A stretch of 64,000 nt of DNA, from NCBI RefSeq assembly GCF_032191835.1, contig NC_083237.1:66464001-66528000 (forward strand), read 5' to 3'. The DNA is from Heteronotia binoei. Its lineage: Eukaryota. Positions 46,720 to 58,035 of this stretch are shown piece by piece. Each line of letters opens with the position of its first letter. Position 1 is the first letter of the stretch. A program made the translations under genes and the position numbers. Below the pieces are notes generated by a model. It had not been told where the DNA came from and searched no databases. It saw only the letters and a list, made by a program, of their open reading frames with translations.

Positions 46720-47830
46720 TGGGGCCCATCCAGTCCAACGCTCTGTGTCACACAGTGGCCAAAAACCCAGGTGTCATCAGGAGGTCCACCAGTGGGGCCA
46801 GGACATTAGAAGCCCTCCCACTGATGCCCCTCCCAAGCACCAAGAATACAGAGCATCACTGCCCCAGACATAAGAACATAAGAGAAGCCATGTTGGATCA
46901 GGCCAATGGCCCCTCCAGTCCAACACCCTGTGTCACATAAGAGAAGCCATGTTGGATCAGGCCAGTGGCCCCTCCAGTCCAACACCCTGTGTCACACAGT
47001 GGCCAAAAAACCAGGTGCCATCAGGAGGTCCATCAGTGGAGCCAGGACACTAGAAGCCCTCGCACTGTTGTCCCCCACAAGATGAAGATGAAGAAGATAT
47101 TGGATTTATATCCCGCCCTCCACTCCGAAGAGTCTCAGAGCGGCTCACAATCTCCTTTCCCTTCCTCCCCCACAACAGACCCCCTGTGAGGTGGGCGGGG
47201 CTGGAGAGGGCTCTCACAGCAGCTGCCCTTTCAAGGACAACTCCAGCCAGAGCTATGGCTGACCCAAGGCCATGCTAGCAGGTGCAAGTGGAGGAGTGGG
47301 GAATCAAACCTGGTTCTCCCAGATAAGAGTCCGCTCACTTAACCACTGCACCAAACTGGCTCTCTTACAAACACCCTGTGGGGTGGGTGGGGCTGAGAGA
47401 GCGCTCACAGCAGCTACCCTTTCAAGGACAATTCCTGCCAGAGCTATGGCTGACCCAAGGCCATGCTAGCAGGTGCAAGTGGAGGAGTGGGGAATCAAAC
47501 CCGGTTCTCCCAGATAAGAGTCCGCACACTTAATCACTACACCAAACTGGCTCTCCACACCAAACTGGCTCTCCAGTATTCTTGGTGCTCACAAGCACCA
47601 AGAATACCGAGCATCACTGCCCCAAATGGAGAGTTCCACCTATACCCTGTGGCTAATAACCATGTATGCATGTAGTTGCCACCACCTGTGTGAAGGTGTA
47701 CTTTCTTTTATCCATTCTAACCCAACTGCTCAGCAATTTCATTGAATGTCCACAAGTTCTTGTATCGTGAGAAAAGGAGAAAAATCCTTCTTTCTCTACC
47801 TTCTCTATCCCAGGCATAATCTTGTCAACC
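46720..47830 (-). mobile_element. CR1 3' end with local duplications, interrupted by a Squam3-type SINE
   Basis: cataagaacataagagaagccatg is the reverse complement of a (TTCTTATG)n CR1 tail; the element resumes after the SINE at 47590. Confidence 0.8.
47082..47575 (-). mobile_element. Dimeric Squam3-type SINE nested in CR1
   Basis: Two heads; TSD CACAAG at 47076-47081 and 47590-47595. Confidence 0.85.
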
Positions 47831-48564
47831 AGGTGTCAGGCCTGACAATGGCTGCCAGAATAGTTTGTTCCCAACTTGGGAAGACTTTGGTTATGTCTGA
47901 TTAAGAAATGGCACACGGAGGACTTGCAACTAGCAGGAACTAATAACCTGATAGGTATCACGGTTGAAATTGTAGCCTTCAGCTTAACTGGAAAACAGTG
48001 GGCTTAATGTATATTTATTGGAACAAATATGAGGACTGGAAGAACCTCATATTTTGATATGTCAAAAGTATTAAATACTTTTATGTATTTATTATTTTCT
48101 TTCCATAAACATGTTTTTAGATAAACCACTCCCTGTTGGCGCGCCTTCATTTTGAGCAATTGTGGCTGAGGCAGCTGCATTTTAGCGTGCGACTGAAAAC
48201 ACTGCAGGGGCACCAGAAGGAGACCTGCAGGAGTCATCACAGTAGGAGGCTGCCAGCCTCAAGCCTCTCACAGGGCTCTGCAACTGGGCCCAGCAGCCAA
48301 TCATCACTTTCCCCAGCAAGGCTGTGTGCCTAGTCCCAGCTTCGCTTGCAAATGCTTCCCAGCTGACTGTATGGTGTGTGCGTGAACTCCCTATCTGGTT
48401 TAGGTCATCCTTGTGGGGACTGAACAAGTTTTGGAAAGCCACAGCTGTAAAGGATACCTGTTGTTCAGCATTCTCTCCCTAGAAAGCCTGATGATTTCAC
48501 AAGATCAGGGTGATTTATGTGCATATAATTTGGTCAGATTTTATAAGAAAACCTAATGAAGGCA

Positions 48565-48645
48565 GTAGAACACGGCACTTGATCCCGAAAGATTCTACAA
48601 ACCCTAATGATGTTACCAGCCGTGAAAGCCTGAAATCTTTGATAT
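48565..48645 (+). mobile_element. Penelope-like family 1 extreme 3' tail fragment
   Basis: gtagaacacggcacttga...aaccctaatgatgttaccagccgtgaaagcctgaaatct, matching the other copies. Confidence 0.7.
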
Positions 48646-49435
48646 CTCCCTTTAGCTCTCTTAAAGAAAATCCAGCATGTAGCTTTTCCTTAAGTTTGAA
48701 AGTCCCCAGTTTTAATTGGAAGGGAAACAGCAGCCAGTTATGCAAAGCTGATCAATGGTAGTGTTGAAAATCATCAGCGGGTCATACTTACCCACCCCCA
48801 AAAGGCCTCCAGGTACCTTCTGCTTTGGGGAATGGTCAGGGTAGGAGGGAGTGGGGGGGGGGAGAGGGACAGTTTTCGAGAGCCTCCAGTACGTTTACAG
48901 GAGCAAGAGCACAAAGAAGCTGTGCTCTGAGCTCTTGAGGCTGGATCATTTTGGGCACTTCCATTCGCTGTTGAAACAGCATGAGATTCTGGAAAGTAGA
49001 GCTGGCCTTGTGTCATGGACATCCTGCTTAGAATGACTCTGCCTAGCTCCTTGCTCAGGAGGGATAAGGTCCTCCACTGCCCACTAACCACAGCATCTAC
49101 GTGGGTTGCTTACATGGTGCTAGAGTCAAAATGAGCCTTCTTGCAAAGGGTAGATGGAATCCATAAGTGGCACAACTTGTCTCTGCTTGATCAGCCTCCT
49201 CGGGGCACAATGCCACCACCTTTCCTCCCAGGCCCAGGCCTGTCAGAAGAGGTTCCCTCTCTAGCTTGCCAGCAGAGGCAGACTTGGCCTCTTGCCACAG
49301 GCTCAGGTACGATAAGCCGAAGAACACTCTCCAGCGGGGAGTAAGCCCCACTGGACAAAACGGGGCCTCCTCCTGAGTAGATGCGTTTAGGCTTGCTCCC
49401 ACAGCCACCCAGTGACCCCAGCAGTCATGTCTCAC

Positions 49436-49536
49436 CAGGCATCCCACGTCACTGGCAAAGGTCACTCCCTTGCTTGGCCGCTGCTCCTGGGAGAGGCCGC
49501 TGCTCCCTCCGCTGACCGAATTCCTCCTCATGATCC
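49436..49536 (-). CDS. WNK4: WNK4 exon 18 (G/IMRRNSVSGGSSGLSQEQRPSKGVTFASDVGCL)
   Basis: 101 nt; RRNS site and KGVTF PP1-docking motif; GTGAGA donor. Confidence 0.95.
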
Positions 49537-50089
49537 CTGCAGGGGAGTCAAAGCAGAGGGTCACCAGCCAAAATGCACAAGGCAGCTGACCTCACTCGAG
49601 GACCTCTGCTGTTAACTAAATGCAGCATTTCTAGATGTCACATTTCCAGATATCCGTCACACAATGTTTTGAAAGCAGCTACTGAAGACCCCGTAAAAAG
49701 TCTGCCATGAAAACATCTTGATGCGACATCACCCCAGAGTTGGAAGCGACTGGTGCCTGCACACCAACCTACTCATGATGTACGCAGAGGACAGAACGCT
49801 TCCATTATCGGCACCCAATACGGGCCTTGAGCCAGTAAGAATTTTTACTTGCTCTGATCTGCACTGAAGTTATAGAAAGGCTATTTTTTTTTTGATTAAT
49901 CAATACCTTTAAGATTATCAATATATTTAACATAGCAAGTATTGTGTTTTCTTAAATAATGTCCCACATACGATCAGTCTTTGATACATATACAGATCTA
50001 TTCTATTGCTATATCTTTCTGAAATATTCTTAGAACGTATTGTCTGCCTTTTGTGATTACAGTTTGATTATGGTAACTATATCAAGATA

Positions 50090-50512
50090 AGATTTCAGGT
50101 TTTCACGGCTGGTAACATCATTTGGGACAACCAGCACATTCCACAGAACAATCAGCACAGTCAACAACCATCTTCCTTATCTTCACACCCCTTCCAACCC
50201 TCCCAGCAATTAACACAGAACAATGGTCAAATTCAACAGCCAGTTTCCTTATTACTACCCTTCCAGGAAGCCCCACGAAACAATGGGCACATCCACAAAC
50301 CTATTGCCCTTTCACCACACCCCCTCCAGCCTAGAAATAGCAGCTCTCCAGCAGCCCTGGCCTCACTCAATGCACAGCAGCCAAGAAGGTCAGAATGCCT
50401 GCTCCGGCTGCAACGCCACTGAGGATGTTCTCCGCAGCTGAGAACAAAACGTCTGGAAGAAAAACTTTCTCCAGTAGAACACGGCACTCGAGTCTGAAAG
50501 ATTCTACAAACC
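50090..50512 (+). mobile_element. Penelope-like element, family 1, with inverted tail segment at its 5' end
   Basis: 13-bp TSD CTATATCAAGATA at 50077-50089 and 50513-50525; 50090-50121 is the reverse complement of the family tail seen at about 48605-48640. Confidence 0.82.
50416..50456 (+). ncRNA. Minimal hammerhead ribozyme motif, core-mutated (GAAA to AAAA)
   Basis: CCA-CTGAGGA-T-GTTCTC-loop-GAGAAC-AAAA-CGTC-TGG. Confidence 0.65.
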
Positions 50513-50628
50513 CTATATCAAGATATATCAATATTCCAAATAAATATGAGATTAGTTTAAATTTTCGATATTTGATAGCTAAAGCTAATGTGAATGTTAA
50601 ACAACTTCTATGCCTTAGTGACGAGTTT

Positions 50629-50803
50629 CAGGGCTTTTTTTGAGCAGGAAGGCAGTTCCAGTTGGCTTGGCATCAGGAGGTGTGGCCTAATATGCAAATA
50701 AGTTCCTGCTGGGGTTTTCTGCGTGACACAATGGTGCCACCAGGGGGTGTGGCCTACTACGCAAATGAGTTCCTGCTGGGCTTTTTCTACAAAAAAAGCC
50801 CTG
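50629..50803 (+). mobile_element. hAT MITE (CAGGGCTTTTT termini)
   Basis: TSD ACGAGTTT / ACTAGTTT (7 of 8 match). Confidence 0.85.
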
Positions 50804-51295
50804 ACTAGTTTATATCATATATAAAGATTATTAAATATCTGTTGATTGAGAGGAAAAATATTTTTTGAATATTATAAATATGTTCTATGCATGTATTTTA
50901 AATACTTTTATGTCCACTGTATTGCTGATCATCCTGTTATGTATATGTTAAGTCTTTTTATCAAATTCTCCTTTCCCTGCCCCTATTTTATTCTGGGTCT
51001 TGGGCCACATCTTGACTCTCCAAGGCTTGCATGTGATCTCACAAACGGTTATTAGGAAGAGTGAGGCCAGCGTGAGGAAGCGAGAGGTCCCAGCCACCTG
51101 CACAACCCACACATGCCGAACACTTTTCCCAAGGCATGGATGTATCCAGAATGCACAGAGGGAGAGGGGGGGATTTCTGTGCCTCAAAAGCTTGTTTTCT
51201 GGAGCTGTGTAAGGCTGATCACTTTCCCAGCTTTTCTAACATTTGTAATTACAACTTCAGCCCAATGAGTCTGGCTTTCAAAGTGGCATGCCTTC

Positions 51296-51450
51296 ACTCA
51301 ACGCACAGCAGCCAAGAAGGTCAGAGCGCCTGCTCCGGCTGCAACGCCACTGAGGATGTTCTCCGCAGCCGAGAACGAAACGTCTGGAAGGAAAACTTTC
51401 TCCAGTAGAACACGGCACTTGAGCCCGAAAGATTCTACAAACCCTAATGA
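51296..51450 (+). mobile_element. Short Penelope-like family 1 insertion, consisting mostly of the ribozyme module
   Basis: 11-bp TSD GGCATGCCTTC at 51285-51295 and 51451-51461. Confidence 0.85.
51347..51387 (+). ncRNA. Minimal type I hammerhead ribozyme motif, intact core
   Basis: CCA-CTGAGGA-T-GTTCTC-cgcagcc-GAGAAC-GAAA-CGTC-TGG; predicted cleavage after C51384. Confidence 0.8.
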
Positions 51451-51530
51451 GGCATGCCTTCCGTCACACACCAACTGCAGGATGCAGCTTTCACTTGGCA
51501 TAGGATGGGGGGGGTATGGAAGCGGCTCAC

Positions 51531-51736
51531 CTTGGGGCTGCCCCATGTCCAGACGCTGCAGACTACTGCGCCGTGAGAAGGGGCTGAAGCTGCTCTTGGA
51601 GAAACGGCGCTGGCGGCTGGAGAGCATGGCAGCAGGGGACATGATGCCAGGAGGCGGCACCTTGCCCAGGCGGGCATAGAGTTCCTCAATCTCTTGCTTC
51701 TGCTGGGCCTGGAGCATCTCTACTTCAGACAGGTGC
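51531..51736 (-). CDS. WNK4: WNK4 exon 17 ([25 protein letters not shown]...[16 protein letters not shown])
   Basis: 206 nt after an 88-nt intron; CAG acceptor, GTGAGC donor. Confidence 0.95.
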
Positions 51737-51824
51737 CTGAGCAGAAGTGAGAGAAGGAAGAAAGCAGACATCAGTCGGGGTGGTCACGGAGCAGTGGGGA
51801 AGGGGGTCCTCGCCCTCCACTCAC

Positions 51825-52140
51825 TTCTGGCGCAAGAGCTGCAACTCCTCCCAGACGTCGTCGTCTTCAGCACTGTCTGTGTCGTCGCTGCTTGGATAAG
51901 AGGTGCTGTACAGATAGTTCACCCAGACGTGGGAGCCAGAATGGACCTCTCCTTCCCCTTCTCCTTCTGCCACCGGTGTGGTGCCCTCTTCTGCTTCCTG
52001 GACCAGCGTGCTGCCTGGAGACTCACTGTCCGACTCTGAGGCACAAGAGGAGTTGGGCCCGTCGCCCTTCAAGGGGATATCAGCAGCCACATCCTGTGTT
52101 GGTGTCACGCGGAAGCGGCCCAGAATCTGCGGCTTGCGCT
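51825..52140 (-). CDS. WNK4: WNK4 exon 16 (E/RKPQILGRFRVTP...VWEELQLLRQ/K)
   Basis: 316 nt; RFxV SPAK/OSR1-docking motif; GTGAGT donor. Confidence 0.93.
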
Positions 52141-52462
52141 CTGGAGTTTGAGGAGAGCAGATGGGCAGATTCATTGTGGGGAAGGGAGATGCGATCCCAT
52201 AGAACAATTGCTTTCCTTAGGCTTGCTATAATTTCAAAATAAATCTTCAACACATCTCCTACTGCATTTACCAGGAGCAAAAACTGTCTTGCTATCTATG
52301 TGGATTTTTAACGTGAAGCCCCTGGAAGACGTGAGACAGACTGCTGCCTGCAGTCCCCACATGTGAGCTGGCCGTTCGCCCTACCTAAGAGCTCTGTTAC
52401 CATTTGGCATTTTCTGGGGAACAGGAAAGGCCGCAGCCACACATCCTCCTGACCCGCCTCAC

Positions 52463-52547
52463 CTTCACTGATGGGGGAGAGCCGGGCAAGAGGGGAGGTG
52501 GGGGCAGGAGAATCCGACCCAAGCTGGGAGCAGGGAGAGGAAGGTGC
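52463..52547 (-). CDS. WNK4: WNK4 exon 15 (APSSPCSQLGSDSPAPTSPLARLSPISE/E)
   Basis: 85 nt; (TC)n polypyrimidine tract, CAG acceptor, GTGAGG donor; ARLSPISEE matches recalled human ARLAPISEE. Confidence 0.9.
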
Positions 52548-53495
52548 CTGTTGAGAGAGAGAGAGAGAGAGAGTGAGGGATCAGGGCACTCATACCTTGC
52601 TATGCCCTCTTCTGACTGCTTGACCCCTGCCCCAGTGCCCCCCCAGGACAGCAGACGGTCCCTGGGCAGCAGACTGGGAACAGGCTGAGGGCCTCTTGAG
52701 AGCCAGGCGCTCCCAGTCAGTTTGTGGATGAGGCTCAGGAACCAGAATGAAGAGATGCATCTACAGGATGTCCCCCCCGCCCCCGCCTGCCCATAGGCCA
52801 GTCAATAGCTTCAGATTACCGATGGAGATGTTCAGAGGCAAGCACGTTTCATTTCAGTTGCATTCTTAACAAGCAAATGTCGTGTACAGCCATAACCTCA
52901 GAGGCGCTCACGAGTGTGCCACCGAGTTCCACCTTCTGGGGTTTTCAAGGTGAGAGAGAGGTCATGGAGGTGTGCCATTGCCTTCCATTCCTCCCTCTTA
53001 GCTTCCAGATTCAGACAAGGTTAGGCTGGTCTGGGCTAGTAGAGCCGCTACCACAAGCAACCCACTAGATTAAAAACCTTGTTGAGGGGGGAGGACAAGA
53101 CGCTTCTCTCCTGAAGAGGCAGCAGCATCAACTTTTCAGGCACCAGCTTAAAAGATTTTAAAGTTCTAATATCAGAGGGAGGTTTTAGGATCCCCCAAAC
53201 CTTTAGAAGCCTTTATTCTCATCTCTGTTGTAGAGATGCAGGAATGAGGGTGACGGCGCTTCCCCACAGCCAGCCAAGCAGTTGCTGACTGCAGAGAAAC
53301 TTAAATCCTGTCCAAGCTCAGACACCTGGTCCCAATGGCCAGCAAGCAGACCAGCCCGGGAGACCCAATCTAATGGCAGAGCACCAACTCCCATTCCTGT
53401 GAATTGGCAACTGCTCTTTCCAAGTAGTCCGAGCCTGGGCAGCAGTCTCTGCACCTGCTCTGTCTGTCCCACCCACTACCCACAGGTGGAAATAC

Positions 53496-54001
53496 CTCCT
53501 TTCCAGGCTGGCTTACCAGGCAGTTGTCAGGACTCTCCAAGGCTGAGGTTCTGGAGGGCAGCGGAGATGCCTGTGACCCAAAGAGCTTGTTGACTAGCTG
53601 GGCTGGTTTAGTGGGAGGGGGCACCTCTGGGTAGATGAAATGGGCAGTGGCCTGGCTGGGTGGGCAAAGCCCCGGGGACTGTGAGACAGGGGAGGTGTAG
53701 ACAGGGCCCGTCTGGGCAGGGGCTCCAGAAACAGCTGGGAGAAGCGACTGGGCCACGCTCATTGCAGCTAGGGAGAAGACATTGGCAAGAGAGAACAGGG
53801 ATGGGGAGGGGGAAGGAGAGGAGGTCCAGAGGGGGATAAGGGGGGGCTGCCCAACAGATGGGACAGTAGGTGATGGGAGGGACAAGGGAGGAAGGAGGGC
53901 GCTTGGTGGGGAGGCTGGTTGGGACACTGGGAGCAGGTAGCAAGGAATCGTTGGCATCCTGGGGTAAGAGGACCAGGTCTGTGCAGCTATGTCAGGGACA
54001 C
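53496..54001 (-). CDS. WNK4: WNK4 exon 14 (Pro/Ser-rich; LFSLANVFSLAAMSVAQSLL)
   Basis: 506 nt open frame; strong ttttgcag acceptor, GTATTT donor; motif similar to recalled human [20 protein letters not shown]. Confidence 0.85.
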
Positions 54002-56252
54002 CTGCAAAAAGAAATGCAAAGTCCTAGATGAATGAATGCCCAGCTGGAAAGTGGGCAGGAAGGGAGGCTGAATCTCTCTGGCCCTATGGCAAAATGCATC
54101 CCCTGCCACACAGCTAAATCTGCACCCCAACTATATATTTTGTGTGCTGCAGCAGAATAAAAACTCTGCTACCAAATAATGCATATCCGGCATATTTGTG
54201 TGGAAGTATGTGAATGATCTCATACTAATTAAAATAATACATTCTGCTCCCGGAATTCTCAATTTTTTCAGTAACATGGACTATTTGGTAAAGAAAGAAG
54301 GGTACAGAAGGATGGATCAAGATGGATGGGGAACTACAGAATCCACTGAAATCCTTCCCCAGTGCAGGCTAAGCCACTGTTAACATGACCCAACCATTTG
54401 ATTTCTGAGCTTAATACGCAGTTCTGTGCAGTTATTTCTATCTGTTCATTTCAGTCATCTTAGACTGGAGTAATTCTGCATAGGACCGTTCTGTTCGCCA
54501 GGCTCTATATATTTTCAAAAGTTTCTCCAACCCATGTGGACCAAACAAACAAGTGTAAACCCATATGGACAATTCCCCCCCCCCAACATGAACATTTGAG
54601 GATGTCAGAATCTGTAGATGTGCCAAACACACATCTCCCTGAAACCAGCAGTTTGCAATGTGCCATCAGCTGTCCTGGCCCCTGGATTCGGCAATTACAA
54701 AACATCAAAGTTCCACAGACTAGCAGGAGAGATCAAAGAGAATCCATTTCTAATTCCTGCCCTGCTGGGCCCTTTCTTCTGAATGGGAATTGCTCACTTC
54801 TAACCTTTGGGTGGCAACGAAAGCAGAGGAAACCCCAAGGCCTCCGTGCTTGTTGGGCTGAAGAGCTCATTCTCAGTCAGGGACCCCACCAACGATGCCT
54901 GACCAAGGGGTGAGATGGACTGGCCAGGGCTCGAGCAGCTCAGATCTGAAATAAAGGAAGCATCAAGTCTTGGGATGTAATTTCACAATTTCTTCTTGCA
55001 AATCAGGCATCTTTTCCAGGATTACCAGAACCATTTCTAGATTAAGCACCTCCTGATGTTACGTGGCCCCCTTTCATACACCTGCCTTCTAAGTAGTTTC
55101 TGAAGAAACTGCAGTTCTTTGAATGTGTGATTCAGCTCTAATATGGAATGCTCAATACCCACTAAAACACTGGGGGGAATGCACCCTTCTATCTCATTCT
55201 ATCAACATGACATGACTATTTTTTTTAAAGTAAAAGTCAAAACTATGGCAAACATGCAAAAACAATACATCATAAAATACAACAGCAAGAAGACAAATCT
55301 CATTTAGCCCAAAGGACAATCCCCAGGCATCAGCAACTGGAGTTTGCTTCTGTTCTGATTATACTGTGGCACAAAAGCCACTTCAGCAACTAACATTCAT
55401 AAGCACAAGGACTCACAATAATGGGTTTAAATTATGGATGGAATAGTACCAGTTGGGTATTAGGAAAAGAGTTTTTACAGTGAAGGTTGTTCAACAGTGG
55501 AATCAGTCGCCGAGGGAGGTGGTGAGCTCTCCCTCACTCGCAATCAGCTACACAGGGATGCTCCAGGCCAGGCGTGGGGAACATCTGGCCCATGGGCCGT
55601 TTTCCCTTGGTCTGTCCCACAGGGATTGCAGGGCTAAGCTGCACTGGGACCTCCTGCAGGGCTGAGCAATGCTGCGGCCTCCCCGAGGCCAGTTGGCCAG
55701 CAGGGATTGTGGGGCCCAGTTGCACTACACGGTGGCCTCCCCAAGACCTGGCTGGCTGGCCATGATCACTGCAGGGCGTAGAAGAGTCACTGTGGCAGTT
55801 CAGGTAAGTTTCCCCCTTATTTCTTTATTTCCCTTTCTTTCTATTCCCCACATTTCTTTGTTTCCCTTTATTTCCATTTCTTCCCCGCATTTCTTTATTT
55901 CCCTTTCTTTACTGTCATTAGGTACCAGCAATAAATAAGCTTGTACTGAGCTTCTCTTGAAGAAGAGCTAAGGGAACAATCTCTAATTATACTTTTAATC
56001 CAAGTATTTCGAAGATGGCAAACCCATAGTTCATAATTCAGCTGAACTGAATGTATCTCCTTGGTAGTATGTGTTTGTATGTGTTCTATTGTTACGTATA
56101 CACACATTTTAAATGCTGTTTTAATGTTTAAATGTTTTAATGCATGATGTCTGCTACCCTGGGGACACTATTTGGGTGGAAAGGCAGCATGTAAGTGTTT
56201 TAAATAAGAAATCAGTTTTAATGGGACAAACTACTGGATTGTTTTAATATGA

Positions 56253-56708
56253 TTAGGGTTTGTACAATCTTTCGGGCTCAAGTGCCGTGTTCTACTGGAG
56301 AAAGTTTTTCTTCCAGACGTTTCGTTCTCAGCTGCAGAGAACATCATCAGTGGCGTTGCAGCCGGAGCAGGCGCTCTGACCTTGACTGCTGTGCATTGAG
56401 TGAGGCCAGGGCTGCTGGAGAGCTGCTGTTTCTAGGCTGGAGGGGGTGTGGTGAGAGGGCAATTGGTTTGTGGATGTGCCCATTGTTTGGTGGGGCTTCC
56501 TGGAAGGGTAGTGATAAGGAAACTGGCTGTTGAATGTGGCCATTGTTCTGTGTTAATTGCTGGGAGGGTTGGAAGGGGTGTGAAGATAAGGAAGATGGTT
56601 GTTGACTGTGCTGATTGTTCTGTGGAATTTGCTGGTTGTTCTGAGACTTTCTGCAATTTATAGTCTGTAGGGTGTGTTGCAGAGCTGGGTACCAAGATTG
56701 GTGGATTT
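56253..56708 (-). mobile_element. Penelope-like element, family 1, sense to WNK4
   Basis: Inverted copy of 50122-50512; 12-bp flanking duplication GTTTTAATATGA at 56241-56252 and 56709-56720; ORF remnant ...QIHQSWYPAL resembles PLE C-termini. Confidence 0.82.
56313..56353 (-). ncRNA. Minimal type I hammerhead ribozyme motif with canonical CUGAUGA core, sense to WNK4 pre-mRNA
   Basis: CCA-CTGATGA-T-GTTCTC-tgcagct-GAGAAC-GAAA-CGTC-TGG; predicted cleavage between 56316 and 56315. Confidence 0.82.
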
Positions 56709-57288
56709 GTTTTAATATGAGTGGAGAAAATGCCAGGTGCAGTTTTGTCCTCAGTGTGGAGAAACCATCAGGAACTTTATTCCAAGATGCAATAAACAAC
56801 CCAGCAGGAATAAAATAGACATAAAGGAATATGTATTTTTTCATTCTCCCTCCTGCCTGTTTTCTTTGGCAAGTTTTATTTCTGTTCTTTCAAACTATTT
56901 TTACATTAGCTACCATTTTATGTCATTTACTGGCAACTCGTACAAAATAAGAAATGAGTTTTAATGGCACAAACTTCTGGATTGTATTAATATGAGTGGA
57001 GAAAATGACAGCTGCAGTTCTGTCCCAAGTGTGGAGAAACCATTTTTTTTTGTAGCAGGAACTCTTTTGTATATTAGGCTACATCAGAGAGTGTAGCCTA
57101 ATATGCAAAGGAGTTCCTGCCACAAAAAAAGCCCTGGAAGCGACAAAACTGAACCAGAGTGGTCATAAAATACAGGGAGATCCCTACTGTAAAACTATCA
57201 TCATTCCATTTCCAGATAAGCAGCTGCATGCAGTCTTGGAAAAGAACATATGAATGTTGGGATAGGGTCAGGTTGTGGGGCTACATAC

Positions 57289-57340
57289 CACTCAAAGAGG
57301 AGGATGAGGAGATGGAACGCGAAAGCCCTTGTAGCTGGCT
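57289..57340 (-). CDS. WNK4: WNK4 exon 13 (SQLQGLSRSISSSSSLS/G)
   Basis: 52 nt; polypyrimidine tract plus CAG acceptor, GTATGT donor. Supplies the phase 0 to 1 link; sequence homology is weak. Confidence 0.75.
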
Positions 57341-57588
57341 CTGAAAGGAGACAAGGAGGTTGTTTTGGTTGGTATTCAGAGAATGGAGAAGCCACAACTG
57401 CCTCCTCCAACCCCACAGTGGCGAGAGCCTGAAATCTCAAAAACAATCTGAACATGCAAAGTGCTTTTCCTTTCTAGGGGGAGATCATAACTACTCCCAT
57501 CCCTCCGATTCCCCCACTCGAGGCATGTGACTTCCTGGCCATCTTTCTTTTATTTAAAGCCTCTGTTGACAGGAAAGGAGGAGAGGCA

Positions 57589-57866
57589 GAAGAAGATGAT
57601 GATATTGGATTTATATCCCGCCCTCCTCCGAAGAGTCTCAGAGCGGCTCACCATCTCCTTTCCCTTCCTCCCCCACAACAGACACCCTGTGAGGTGGGTG
57701 GAGCTGGAGAGGTCTCTCACAGCAGCTGTCCTTTCAAGGACAACTCCTGAGAGAGCTATGGCTGACCTGAGGCCATGCTAGCAGGTGCAAGTGGAGGAGT
57801 GGGGAATCAAACCCGGTTCTCCCAGATAAGAGTCTGCACACTTAACCACTATACCAAACTGGCTCT
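57589..57866 (-). mobile_element. Squam3-type SINE
   Basis: Full-length reverse-complement copy. Confidence 0.85.
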
Positions 57867-58035
57867 GGCAGTGAAGGAAAGAGAAGGCATTGGGAGAGTT
57901 GGGTTCCTCTTGGTTGGTGGGGGCACGGAAAGGCCTCTTTTAAAAATCCCTGCACTTCTGGCTCCCAAAAGGGATCCCAGCTGGGATTCCTTGCGACCAC
58001 TGAAGGGCAGAGCGTTTGCCAGCTGTGTCACTCAC

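Noticed and set aside
49097-49435. Open frame continuing past WNK4 exon 18 as an alternative C-terminus
   Set aside because: Homology ends at a consensus GTGAGA donor and a good terminal exon exists downstream; the extension looks like ordinary intron.
55800-55920. Pyrimidine-rich quasi-repeat (tttccc/tttcttt)
   Set aside because: Low-complexity degenerate simple repeat with no further structure.
57185-57234. Possible extra WNK4 exon after ttttccaag (DCMQLLIWKW...)
   Set aside because: It would leave an intron of only about 54 nt after exon 13, and it has no phase-compatible donor.
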